Origin: Vicugna vicugna
Lineage: Eukaryota
Assembly: GCA_013265495.1 (NCBI GenBank)
Contig: MU058716.1
Location: forward strand, 192,264 to 256,263
Length of the DNA: 64,000 nucleotides
Direction: 5' to 3'
Shown here piece by piece: positions 52,718 to 64,000 of the stretch. The notes beneath the pieces are model-generated. The model was not told where the DNA came from and made no database searches. It saw only the letters and a program-made list of their open reading frames with translations. Numbering within the stretch: the stretch's first letter is position 1; every line of letters starts with the position of its first letter. The translations under genes were made by a program, and so were the position numbers.

Positions 52718-52926
52718 TATGGTGTTGGGGCTAAATTCTTCCCTCTCCCTGCTCTTTGTAAATAAAGTTTTACTGGAACACAGTCATGCCCGCTCACATG
52801 TGTACTGTCTGGCGCTGCTTTTGTGCTGCAGTGGCAGGGTTGAGTAGCTGTAGCAGACACTGATTGGCTCTCAGGGGGTACAGTGTTACCATGTGGTTCT
52901 CTGCGGGAAAAGCTTGCTGACCCCTG
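52718..52926. mobile_element. MER58A-like hAT-Charlie MITE
   Basis: tttgtaaataaagttttactggaacacagtcatgc...gttgagtagctgtagcaga...aaaagcttgctgacccctg. Confidence 0.8.
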
Positions 52927-54779
52927 AGACACTCTTCCTCCTCCCTCCTTTTCTTTTCTCGGAGATAATCCTCCTGGAGCCCTTCGTGTGTCCATGTGGA
53001 CAGGTGGTTTTTAAAATCTGTGAAGCTGCTGTTCTGAAAAATTCCTGTTCCTCTCTCCTGTGTTAGAGCCCCCCCATCTCCAGGCTCCCAACTCTTTCTT
53101 GGTTTGTCCCATTTCCTCCTGATGAAGGGTGTCTTCCAGCAGGTTCCTAGTGGAAGGGCTACAGGGAAAGTAAACTGTTTGATGTCACTCTTGATAGAGA
53201 GTTCTAGGTAATTAGTCACTTTCCCTGAGGGTTTGAAGGCATTGCTTTACACTTAACTACTTCCTAGCTTCCCTGCTGCTATCGTAAGTCTAAAGACTTT
53301 CTAATTTGTAGTCTGTTGTGAGCTTGCTTCCTTTTCTGGTAACTTTGGGGATCTTTTCTTTACCCCAATGTTTTAATATGTCAAAAAGAGGTGCCTTCAT
53401 ATTTACTTTTAAAATCAAATATTCTGGATATTTAATAGGTCCTTTTAAGCTGGAAAACTCGTATGAGTTCTGAGATATCTTTTCTTGGATAAATTACCTC
53501 TAATTTTCTAGAATGCATATTAATCGAATGTTAGACCTCTTATATTAATACTATTTTTTTATTTCTTAAGATTTCTGACTTCTTTTCTGTGCTTCCCCTA
53601 TATTTATGTGAGTGTTGATGGTGAAGATTTTTCCCCCTTTGGAAAATTGCAAACATATACAGAAAATGAATAGTATAATAATCCCTCATGTACGTGTCAT
53701 TCATTTTCAACAATTACCAGCTCATAAGCACACTATTTAATTTTGAAGCAGATCTCAGACAGCATTTATTACATCCATAAATATTTTGGAATGTGTCAAC
53801 AGATAAAGGCTCATTTTTAAAGCTCTCGTAATTATCATTATAAGTTTTTTTTACTGCCACCAAATATCCCATCAGTTTTCAAATTTCTAGGGGTATCATA
53901 AATATAATTTAGAAAAAGAGCTTAAATCTGGATCCAGATAAGATCAGTCACACTGTGCTAGATTAATGTGCCTTTTGGTCTATTTTAGCTCATTTCTCCC
54001 TGTATATATCTCTCTCAGTCTTATTTCTTTTCTCTCCCTCTCTTATTTGTGTGTACAGTTTATTGAAGAAATCTGATTATCCAGTAGTTTCCTGCAGTCT
54101 GGATTTTGCTGACTTGCAGGTTGATGGTTAATAATGCTTGTGTGTGTAATACATATAGCATGGGAGGAATTCATAAGGCATTTAAGTTAAAGATAATGAT
54201 AATATTTTTTATCTTATCAATAAGTATATGTAGCAGTTGTAACTTAAATTGTATTATCACAGTCTTTGGAAGAAAGTCTTGTGTGAATGTCAATGTAAAA
54301 AGAGCTTATCCATTTTTTAAAAAACAATTTAACTTAAAATTACTGTTACTAAACTAGGCACTTTAATTTTGGAGGATTCATCACATACTGTGTCAAACAT
54401 AGTAGAATGAATCCTGATTCAGCCAAATAACGGAATGCTGTGAAGAGTAAAGAAATCCTTATGTATTAATATGAAATATTTTCCCAAATACACTGTTAAG
54501 TAAATATATTGTTGAATACGCAGTGTAATACCATTTATGTGAAACAGGTGAGAAAAGATCATCTCTGTAAGTGATTTATGTAAGAAGAGGGAATACCCTA
54601 CATGCACAAACACCCCAGACACATGTAATAAATACTGCCTCTGGCAGGGGGAGCTGGTGACTGGTATGTGGCAGTGAGGGAGACGGGTTTCAGAAATGCA
54701 GCCACGTAAATATACCCATTCTCCCCTCCCCTCCACGTCACATTGCTCCAAAATTTTGGATAGGGTTATTTCCTCAAAT

Positions 54780-55290
54780 GTCTAACAGCCTTACTGAAAT
54801 ATCCTTCACGCACCATTCCATATGCCCATTTGAAATGTATGATCCAGTGGTTTTCAGCACATTCACAGTGTTGTGCAAACACTGACATGACAGTGAATTT
54901 TAGAACTTTTTTGTCCCCTAATCAGCAGTTATTTCCCACTAAAATACTTTCTGTGTCTACGAGTTTGCCTCTTCTGGATAATTCATATAAATGGGGTCAT
55001 ACAATACCGGGTCTTCTGGAACCAGCTTTACTCACTTGGCGTGCCTTCGAGGCTCACTTACATTGCAGTGCCTGTCGGTACTTCGTTCCCTTGTATTGCA
55101 GAATAAGGCTCCTTTGTGCAGACGCACTACGTTTTATCTGTCCATTTATCACTTGATGGACATTTGAGTTCTTTCCACTGTTCTGGCCTCTGCATAATGC
55201 TGCTGGGAACATTTGTGTACAGGTTTCTGTGTAGACGTGTGTTCTTTTGCATAAGAGTGGAATTGCTGGGTCACGTGGTGACTGTACAGA
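54780..55290 (-). mobile_element. Old L1MB-type 3' fragment
   Basis: cagccttactgaaatatcct...ttcacagtgttgtgcaa...ttgatggacatttgagtt...gagtggaattgctgggtca. Confidence 0.7.
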
Positions 55291-55471
55291 TCATTTTTGT
55301 AATTATCTAACTTAAGTTGGTGACAGTCGTACATATTTAGAAATGGTGCTCTGAGTGCCTGATCAATCTAATCTATAAGCCACTTTCAAATGTAATGAAA
55401 TCACTATATCAATGTAGTTAATGTGATCTAATATTATTTGTAAATGAATTTAAACATGAATTTGTATTTTG

Positions 55472-55475
<4 letters not shown>

Positions 55476-55505
<30 letters not shown>
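55476..55505. repeat. Poly-T (30 nt)
   Basis: Direct reading of the sequence. Confidence 0.98.
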
Positions 55506-55506
<1 letters not shown>

Positions 55507-58099
55507 GATCTTTTTGGGGCCCAGATCGCTCATGGGCCATAGGCACAGGACCTGTGTGCCGCAGTGTTCAAGACCCCAGCCTGGCGTGCGTGAGCCTGGG
55601 GGAAAACTGGAGGACACTGGGCGGCGTGAGGTCTGAGCCCTGCAGGCGCGCAGTGGACCATACTCGCACTGACTGGGGTGGTCGTGGTCCCGGCAGGACG
55701 TGTCGTGGTCCCGGGAAGGCACAGGAGTGACAGGCAAGGCCCCTTGCACTTTGTGAGTTGTCTGACCGCTTGGGAAGCAGAGAGAACAGTGCGGCAGTCG
55801 TGGTCCTGTTTCTTTGCTCTCTCTCTGAAATATCCTTACGTAAACGCTGTAGAAATTAATTACTGTTTAAACAATTTAAGTAAAATGAAGGAACTTAACT
55901 TTTTTTAGTATATGAGTTTTCGGTTGGGCAAGCAGAGAATTTAACAGACTGTTTCAGCATATTTCCTGTTACTGGTTTGTTAGTTCCCAGTGTGTGTCAC
56001 TGGGCTGGTGCTTCCCTCACCTTGGCTGCCACGTCGTCCACTGTCTAGGAGTGGGCTGATACTGCACATAAACCCCTTCTGCCATAGAGCTGTTGGTCTC
56101 AGCATGGACGTTAGTGCCAGGCTGAGTCTGTCAAAACTTGCCTAACGGTAAAAGGTAATCTGTGCCACCATTAAAGTCATGCATGAGCAGCGTGTACGGC
56201 GTCGTGCTGTTTTTATGAGGGGAGGGAATGAACGCGAAGGGAACAGGCCGGCTTTTTGGTACAGAGTTACAGAATCTCCCCTCCCCTCGGGAAATACTCG
56301 GACAGTTACTGTGGAGGGCGGTTTCATCCCCGAGCAGAGACGAAGCCTAGAGTTCTCAAGTAATTAAGAAGCGGGCACCTTACCTGGCCTAAGTGGGCCT
56401 GGAAAGTTTCCTGAGCGCTGGTACACTGGGCCAGGGCTGAGCGTCAGTGGGAGGTGGGGGTGGGTGACACGGAGAAGAGAAGAATTTTGGGTATAGAAAC
56501 AACCGGGATAAAAGGCAGGGTGTGGATCAGCCTGCTGTGTTCAGTGACCTCGGAGCAGGGACGTTACTGGCTTAGATGTCAGGGAAGAAAGTCCCCTGAG
56601 AAGACCCGGAGCACAGATGCTTTCGTCCAGCGGCCTGTGAGCCTGAGCTGCTGCCTGCAGTGCCCGCCTCCTCCCCCCCCCCCCGCCCCCAGCTCTGAGG
56701 ACAAGTGGGGCGGCGGCTTTGGGGTTTAGGTTGGTTATTTTTGTTTCTGAGTACTAGATCCAAGATTCTCACCTTCCTGAAGGCCAGGAACTTCCTCAGC
56801 CTGGAGCAGTGCCTGGTGTATATCTTAAGAGTTCACTAAAAATGTTAGTAGCAGAACAGCTGTGTGTAGTGGCCTAGGGTATGGGCTCCCGCCCAGTCTC
56901 AGTCCTCCTGGTGCCACCAGTAAATAGCTCCATGCCTGTCACCCCGTTGTCATGTTTCTATGGAGAAAACGGGGAGGGGAGAACAGTGAGGCCCCCTCAG
57001 TCAGTTTGTTGGGGGGTGTAAATGAGTTTATATAAAGCACTTAGAATTGTGCTACTGTATGGACGTTAACAGTAGTGTTTCCTTGATGAATGAAGGATGA
57101 ATGCAACCCAGAACTCCTGAGGTCTGGCCCCAGAGCATCCATGCAGTGCACAGGAATTACTGCTAGCCCATTCTAGTTAGAGGAAGTTTAAGGCCTGGAG
57201 GTGGGGTCCCTGGCACGTTGAAGAAAGAGAGTCTTAACTTAGTTCAGGGTGGCACACACTCTTTTGGGCTTTTGTTAGTCTTCTTGCCGATTCCTTTCCT
57301 TCTCTTCCTTGAAGCCTATTCCTGGGACTCCTCTTGAGTTCTTTTTCCTGGGACAGAATGTAAGAAGGGCCTGGGGCCACCTCCAGTGTGGGGGCCGGGG
57401 CCGTGCACCTGGTCTCCCCGCCTCGCCTCTTTCTTCCTTTCTGTGCACCCCCCTTTTCCCTACGGTGGGAGGCAGGAGAAAGGATGTTCCCTCCTCGTGT
57501 GGCCCGGGCTGCAGGCCGGCTTGGTGCATCATAGTCCCAGTAATAACGGAAAACTTTGGGGAGGATGTGAAAACATGCTGGAAAAAGTGTTCCCTCGTGC
57601 AGTTAAATTAACCCTTAAGATGTTTCTCTTTTAATTCTGTTTGTCTGATGTAATGTTGAGAAGGATTTGAAATCTGGATGAACCAATGCTCCAGGAAAAT
57701 GAACCGTCTAGTTTTCTCATGTTTTCTCATATTCCCCCCTGTGTACGACCTCAGCCCCCAGTTTAAGGAGTGCAGACCACGAGGAATTGGGGCCAAAACC
57801 TTGTTATTGGGTGTCTCTTATGTGTGTCTCATGGTTGGGTTTTCGGCCCCCTGGTCCGTGCTTCTTTCAGCGCAGTAACTGAGGCTTCTCGATCTTGGAA
57901 CACCCTGGATTACAATAATGTGGTGAAAGCTTTTCGTTTCCTAGAGTTTGTGGTGGATGCGAATATCCTGTGGACTCCCTTGTCTGGACCGGCACGACCG
58001 CCCGCGTGCCCGGTTCTGCCTCCGGGCGTCTCGCTGTCAGATCCCCCGAGCCGAGCTCGCAGCACTCGGCTAACGTTGCTGTTGTTTTCTGATTCACAG

Positions 58100-58277
<178 letters not shown>

Positions 58278-59439
58278 TGAGGCAGGTCTCTGCTCTCTCG
58301 GAACGGAAGGACTTTCCACACTCACCACTGTGCACGTTTCCAGGCTTATCCCCGGCATGGGGCAGCCAGCCATCTGTACGAGCCGAGCCCTCGCACAGCT
58401 TCAGGCTTGGGAGTGGTTGTGAACAAAACAGACTGCTTCCCTTCCCACTGCTGAGGGAAACGGAGCCAGACAGCTGTGAAGAGAGCTCCCAGGACTTGCA
58501 GTTGTGGGGGTGGGGTCAGTGCCGGGAGGCCAGTAAAGCAGGTGGAAGGGGTTCGAGTGTGTGTGGAGGCTCTAAAGATGGTGGCCAAGGATGGTGGCTG
58601 AGGATGGCATCCCTGAGGATGGTGGTACTTGAGTGGAGACTGGAACAGAGGGAGGGGTGGGTGCGAGTGTCTGGGGGAGGGTTTCAGGCACAGAGCGGCG
58701 GCAGATTCAGTGGTGGTGAGATGGACACGTTTCTTAACTGGGTGGTCTGCATTTGTGAGTTAGGGGTTTTACATGAAAACACAAACTTGTGGTTTCCCTT
58801 GGACAGTCTGAAACCTGGGGTCCTGCAGTCCTACATGACAGCAATCTTTTTTTTTTTTTAAATACACGTATACACAGACACACAGGTTTTATATATACAT
58901 GTAGGTATAGTGTATATATATTACTATGTTGTTAAATATTATTATATACATAGAGAAAACAATGCAACGCAGCACCCACGATCTGAACTCTGGCACCAAG
59001 GTAAACCCACAGTGTTACAGTGCTTTAGCTCCTTAGCTTTGGGGTCCTCAGCACAGAGAGCTGGGGCAGTGTCATGGCAGCAGCCCAGCGTCAGCCAGGA
59101 GATGGGGCAGGACAGGCCATGTGCCAGGCAGACCCCTAACCATCCTGAGTCTGCACCACAGGATACCCTGTGCACGCTGGATCCCAGGGTGAGGGAGGGG
59201 GTGGGATTGGGGCCTGAGCTCTGTGTCTGAGCCCTGAGGGAGGCGTTGGGGACTGGGTGGACACTTTACAAACCAGAAGGTCTTTCCCCCCAAGGGGCAG
59301 GTGAGCTGTGGAGGTATTGCCAGCAGGGGACCCAAGCGCACGTCCTTGGTAGGGGTCCCGGGCCCAGGCAGGTGTGCAGGGCGTTCTGGTTGATGGGTGG
59401 TATAGATGGAAGACATCGTGCTCTCCTCGAGGGCCCAAG

Positions 59440-60006
59440 TCACTGCAGATTTAGTGACCTAAAGAAGCACCCTTTCATCACCTTCCAGTTGTGCAGGTCA
59501 GAAGTCTATAGTGTGACTGGGTTCTCAGCTCAGGGTCTCATGGTGGAAATCGGGGGGTTACTGGCCGTGTTCCCATCCAGAGCTCAGGGTCCCCTTCTAA
59601 ACCCATTCCTGTTAATCCACAGAGTTTAGTTCCTCGTAGTTGCAGGGCTGAGGCCCCGGTTTCCTTTGTGACTGCTGACTGGGACTTGCTCTCCATGTCT
59701 TTCTGGTGGTTGTGTGTGGCCCCTTCTGTCTCCAGAGCCAGCCGTGCAGGTCAGGCTTCCCCGTCTGCAACTGGCGCAGGGGGTGGGCCTGGCGGGGGCC
59801 TGCGCTGGGGTTAAATGAGGCCGCAGCGCAAGTCCGCGTGCGCACCATTTTCCAGTCAGCTGGTTAGCGATCGTTATCACAGCTGCAGCATCCCCTCGCC
59901 GAGAGCAGTGCCTTCGAGCGCAGTACCTGGGGTGTGCTGCCCTAGACCACATCCCAGCTGTGAGGGTGGGAATCTCGGGGGACCGTTTTTAGAATTCTGT
60001 GTCACA
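59440..60006 (-). mobile_element. MLT1-type LTR relic
   Basis: atttagtgacctaaag...aggtcagaagtct...agttcctcgtagttgcagggctgaggcccc...ttagaattctgtgtcaca. Confidence 0.6.
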
Positions 60007-60167
60007 CGGAGCGGTGACGCTCTGTAACAGCTCGGGCGCAGTCGGGTGGCTGGAATTTGCCCTTGCGGTGTGTTTGCTGGCTGTCTCATGATGTGATACA
60101 GGCCGGGTGCAGGTGTGCACTTGCTGTTTGCTTCTCTGGGTTGGAGTTCTCAGGCCTTTTTGATGTA

Positions 60168-60350
60168 CAGTTGACCCTGCTTGGGTTTGGGTTGCTTGGG
60201 TCCACCCATACTCGCTTTTTTTCAGTAAACGGTTGTCGGCCCCTGGACCCTGGATGTGGAGGGCCAACCGGAAGGGGCTTGGGATCATGGGATTCTGGTA
60301 TCACAGAGGGTCCTGGAGTCAATCCTCTGGAGACTGAGGAGCAAGTGTAC
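60168..60350. mobile_element. MER2/MER8-like Tigger MITE fragment
   Basis: tacagttgaccct...ggatgtggagggccaac...ggtatcacagagggtcctggagtcaatcc...gtgta. Confidence 0.55.
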
Positions 60351-61429
60351 CTTCATTCATGGTTTTCTGCCTTTTGGCAGCTGTCAGGACAATCCCCAAA
60401 CCCCAGCAGTGCAATATGGAAGCTCTCCCGCTGAAGGAGAAGGTAGATGCTACGTGGCTTGTGTGTCAGGGGCTGGGGACACGGGTGGTCAGGACCGGAG
60501 GAGGGCAGGGCAGAGGTGTCAGTCACTGCTGCTGCACCAAGAGGAGAAAGGTACAGAAGGCGCGGGGAAGAAAGGAGGAGGGACCTGCATCCTACGTCTG
60601 ATTTGTTTTTAAGCACAAGGTTTTATTTTGTAGTATTTTCTGATCCATATGTGAAGTATAGCACTTGTCTCCACCCCAGATAATCAGCCGTGCTTTGAGA
60701 CTCAGCTTGCTGGTCCAGGGTCGCCATGTGCGTCTCGCTGTCTGCTTCTGGTCAGCGGTGCGTAGTCTTTTGAGGCTCTTTACCATGCGTGAGCCGCTTG
60801 GGGTCTTGCAGGGGCTCCGTGCGGACGTCCTTGCCTTAGAGCTGAGGGAGTGGCAGCCAGAGGGCGGAGACCCCGTCCAGGTGGCCGGCTGCCGTGGTGA
60901 AGGCGCGGGAGGCCGCTTCCCTGGGAGTCCAGGGGAGGGCGCCGCCGCCAGGGTGCGCGGCCGTGTTCAGGAGCTCGGTGGATTCCCTAATGTTCCTGCT
61001 CATTCTGTAATTCGTGTAATAGAATAAATTCTGAAGGATGGTGGGTCAATTGTAGAACATTCTGACGAGGACTGTGATATTGGAAAATGCGTCACATGAG
61101 TAATTTTTGTGACTTTGGTTTCTCGGAATTGCTTAGACGTATCTGCCTCTTGTGTCATGTTCCAGAGCCCTTTGCTGAGTCCCATGTGTCTGTTCTCACA
61201 AAAACCTAATTTTTTAGATTTTGGGGTAACTTGATTTCCCAGAATCCCACTCTGAATTTTAACCTCTCTGAGAGAAACAATTTTCCTTACAATGCCATCA
61301 ACTGATTATTTGTTGAATGAATAAATGAATGAATCTTACAGTGCTCTTTAAAGTAAGCATGGTTATATATTTTACCTTTTATTCTGTATATCCATATAAT
61401 CCTAAACTGTAAAAGTGAGATGATTTTTC

Positions 61430-61535
61430 TTATTACATTAATTAATTAATTTTGTTAATGTAGGTTCTGGGGATCGAGCCCAGGGCCTTGTGCATGCTAA
61501 GCACATACTCTGCCACTGAGCTAGACCCCTCACCC
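61430..61535 (-). mobile_element. Vic-1-type tRNA-derived SINE with 9-bp TSD
   Basis: ggttctggggatcgagcccagggccttgtgcatgctaagcacatactctgccactgagcta. TGATTTTTC occurs at 61421-61429 and 61536-61544. Confidence 0.85.
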
Positions 61536-61586
61536 TGATTTTTCAGTTTTTAATGCCAAACATGAGTTAAATCTTACGTGTTTTAA

Positions 61587-61826
<240 letters not shown>

Positions 61827-62912
61827 TAAAGTTATTTGTTTTGTTTCCTGAAAAGCATTTTCCTAATACGTATTTAGGAGCTCCGGGTCAAGCACTGTGC
61901 TGTTAGGTTCTCCGAGGGAAAGCAGTTTAGTTGCTCAAGATCATACAACTAGTCAGTGAAAGAGCAGAGTTTAAAGTCAAGGTTTGTTCAACTTGAAAAT
62001 GTACTCACGTGTCCTGGATGGTGTTTATAGAAGCAGGTTTTCTTTCACTGTTGGTTTCCACCTCTTGGTGAATCTCTGTCTTTATTTTCAACCTTTTAGC
62101 TGTCTCTTCATATCCTGTATAAGGTCTTACAAAAACCTAGAATTAAAAAGGGAAATGGTAAATTTAAAAGCCCATTAGAAACTCTTTGTGAATCGCAGCA
62201 ATATGTTTTTTTGGATCTAACACCTAGAGTAACGGAAATAAAAGCAAAAATAAGCAAATGGGACCTAATTAAATTTAAAAGCTTTTGCACAGCAAAGGAA
62301 ACTATCGACAAAGCAAAAAAAAAAAAAAAACCCCTACAGAATGGGAGAAAATATTTGCAAATGATGTGACTGACAAGGGCTTAATTTCCAGAATATACAA
62401 ACAGCTCATACAGCCAACCCAGTGTCTAATTAATTAATTAATTAATTAACTCAATAAAAAAAATAACCCAACATAAATAGACCTTTCTCCAAAGAAGGCA
62501 CACAGACGGCCAACAGGCACGTGAAAAGATGCCCAACATTGTTAATTATTAGAGCGATGCAAATTGAAACTGCAGTGAGGTATCACCTTGCACCAGTCAG
62601 AATGGCCGTCATCAAAAGTCTACAAATGGCCAATGCTGGAGAGGGTGTGGAGAAAAGGGAGCCCTCCTACACTGCTGGTGGGAGTGTAAATTGGTCACTA
62701 TGGAGAACAGTATGGAGGTTCCGCAAAAAAGCTAGAAGTACGGGTACCATATGATCCAGCAATCCCACTCCTGGGCATGTATCTGGAGAAGACTCTAATT
62801 TGAAAAGATGCATGTACCCCAGTGTTCACAGCAGCACTGTTTACAGTAGCCAAGACATGGAAACAACCTAAATGTCCATCGACAGATGAATGGATAAAGA
62901 AGTTGTGGGATG

Positions 62913-62917
<5 letters not shown>

Positions 62918-62950
<33 letters not shown>
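62918..62950. repeat. (GT)n microsatellite within L1
   Basis: Direct reading of the sequence. Confidence 0.95.
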
Positions 62951-62952
<2 letters not shown>

Positions 62953-63176
62953 TATATATCTATACATACATATGTATAAAATGGAATATTGATCATAAAA
63001 ACAATGAAATAATGCCATTTGTGGCAATATGGATGGACCTAGAGATTATCACATTAAATGAAGCCAGTTAGAGAAAGGCAAATATATATGTCACTTATAT
63101 GTGGAATCTTAAAAAAATGATACAAATGAAATTATTACAAAACAGAGACAGACTCACAGACATAGAAAACAAACTT

Positions 63177-63286
63177 TTTAAAAAAATTAATTGTAGTTTT
63201 TATTGGAATATAGTCAGTTACAATGTGTCAGTTCCCGGTGTACAGCACAATGTCCCAGTCATGCATATACATACATATATTTGTTT
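63177..63286 (-). mobile_element. Short antisense L1 3' fragment nested in L1, with 15-bp TSD
   Basis: ATAGAAAACAAACTT (63162-63176) and ATAGAAAACGAACTT (63287-63301) flank the insert. Confidence 0.88.
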
Positions 63287-64000
63287 ATAGAAAACGAACT
63301 TATGGTTACCAAAGGGGAAGGGAATTGGGGGAGGGATAAGTTAGGAGTTTGGGATGAACCGATACACATTACTATGTATAAAATCAGTAAACAACAAGGA
63401 CCTGCTATGTAGCACAAGGAATTATATTCAATATCTTGGAATAACCTAAAATGGAAAAGAATCTGGAAAAGAACAGGCATATGTATATAACTGAATCACT
63501 TTGCTGTACAACTGAAGCTAACACTGTAAACCAATTATACTTCATTTAAAAAAAAGAAGACCTCTGTGAGCAGTTATTTGGGTTCAGGTGCCAGATACGT
63601 GAGGACAGCATCACAGACTGGACATGAGTGTGAACAGCAAATGAATTTTGCAATGTTTCACTCTATGCAGCATTTTAAACTTATTTTGGATGACTGGTCT
63701 TATCAGGAACTGGATGAGATCATTTCTTGTTTGGTCTAGAAACTTGACTACTTTTTATTAGCTCTGTGACCACGGGCAGTTCATGTAACCTGCGTTGTGG
63801 ACTGAGCTCTGAGTTTCCTTTCATCTGTACAGTGGAGGGACAATAACATGGTCTTTGTGATAATGTGTCTAACCCTGCGCATGGCTAGGAGCAGGTAGTG
63901 GTCCGGAAGTAGAGCACAGCCGATCATGTGATACTTTCCTTGTAACATTTGAAGGAAATGATCTACCCTTCTCTTTTTTAGTTTTCCAAAGCCTACTTTA

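Larger units (their letters stand above)
62190..63557 (+). mobile_element. 5'-truncated L1 (ORF2 C-terminus, 3'UTR and A tail)
   Basis: Peptide [31 protein letters not shown]; aaacaacctaaatgtccatcgacagatgaatggataaagaag; gaatcactttgctgtaca. Confidence 0.93.

Noticed and set aside
55476..55750. Poly-T followed by a GC-rich block as an antisense processed pseudogene
   Set aside because: No TSD, no poly(A) signal next to the tract, and no recognisable parent ORF.

Overview
Mammalian genomic DNA, most likely camelid, because it carries four copies of a tRNA-Ala-derived Vic-1-type SINE. The window holds the 5' ends of two divergent genes. CREM is on the minus strand: non-coding exon 1 in a CpG island near 19.2-19.4 kb, and coding exons at 12233-12276 and 6826-6943. 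CUL2 is on the plus strand: CpG island and putative exon 1 near 36.5-36.9 kb, and coding exons at 58122-58240 and 61631-61733. Both promoters contain assembly gaps. The rest is intronic or intergenic sequence rich in L1, L2, MIR, Tigger/MER and LTR relics, several of them nested. The main observations are: a U12-type (minor spliceosome) CUL2 intron; sharp local AT-to-GC substitution bias suggesting GC-biased gene conversion; apparent loss of N-terminally extended CUL2 isoforms; and a 2-codon deletion in CREM. I found no convincing new multi-gene system. Nearly all ORF-track entries are spurious. Comparisons with human sequences and repeat consensus names come from memory, not from a search.
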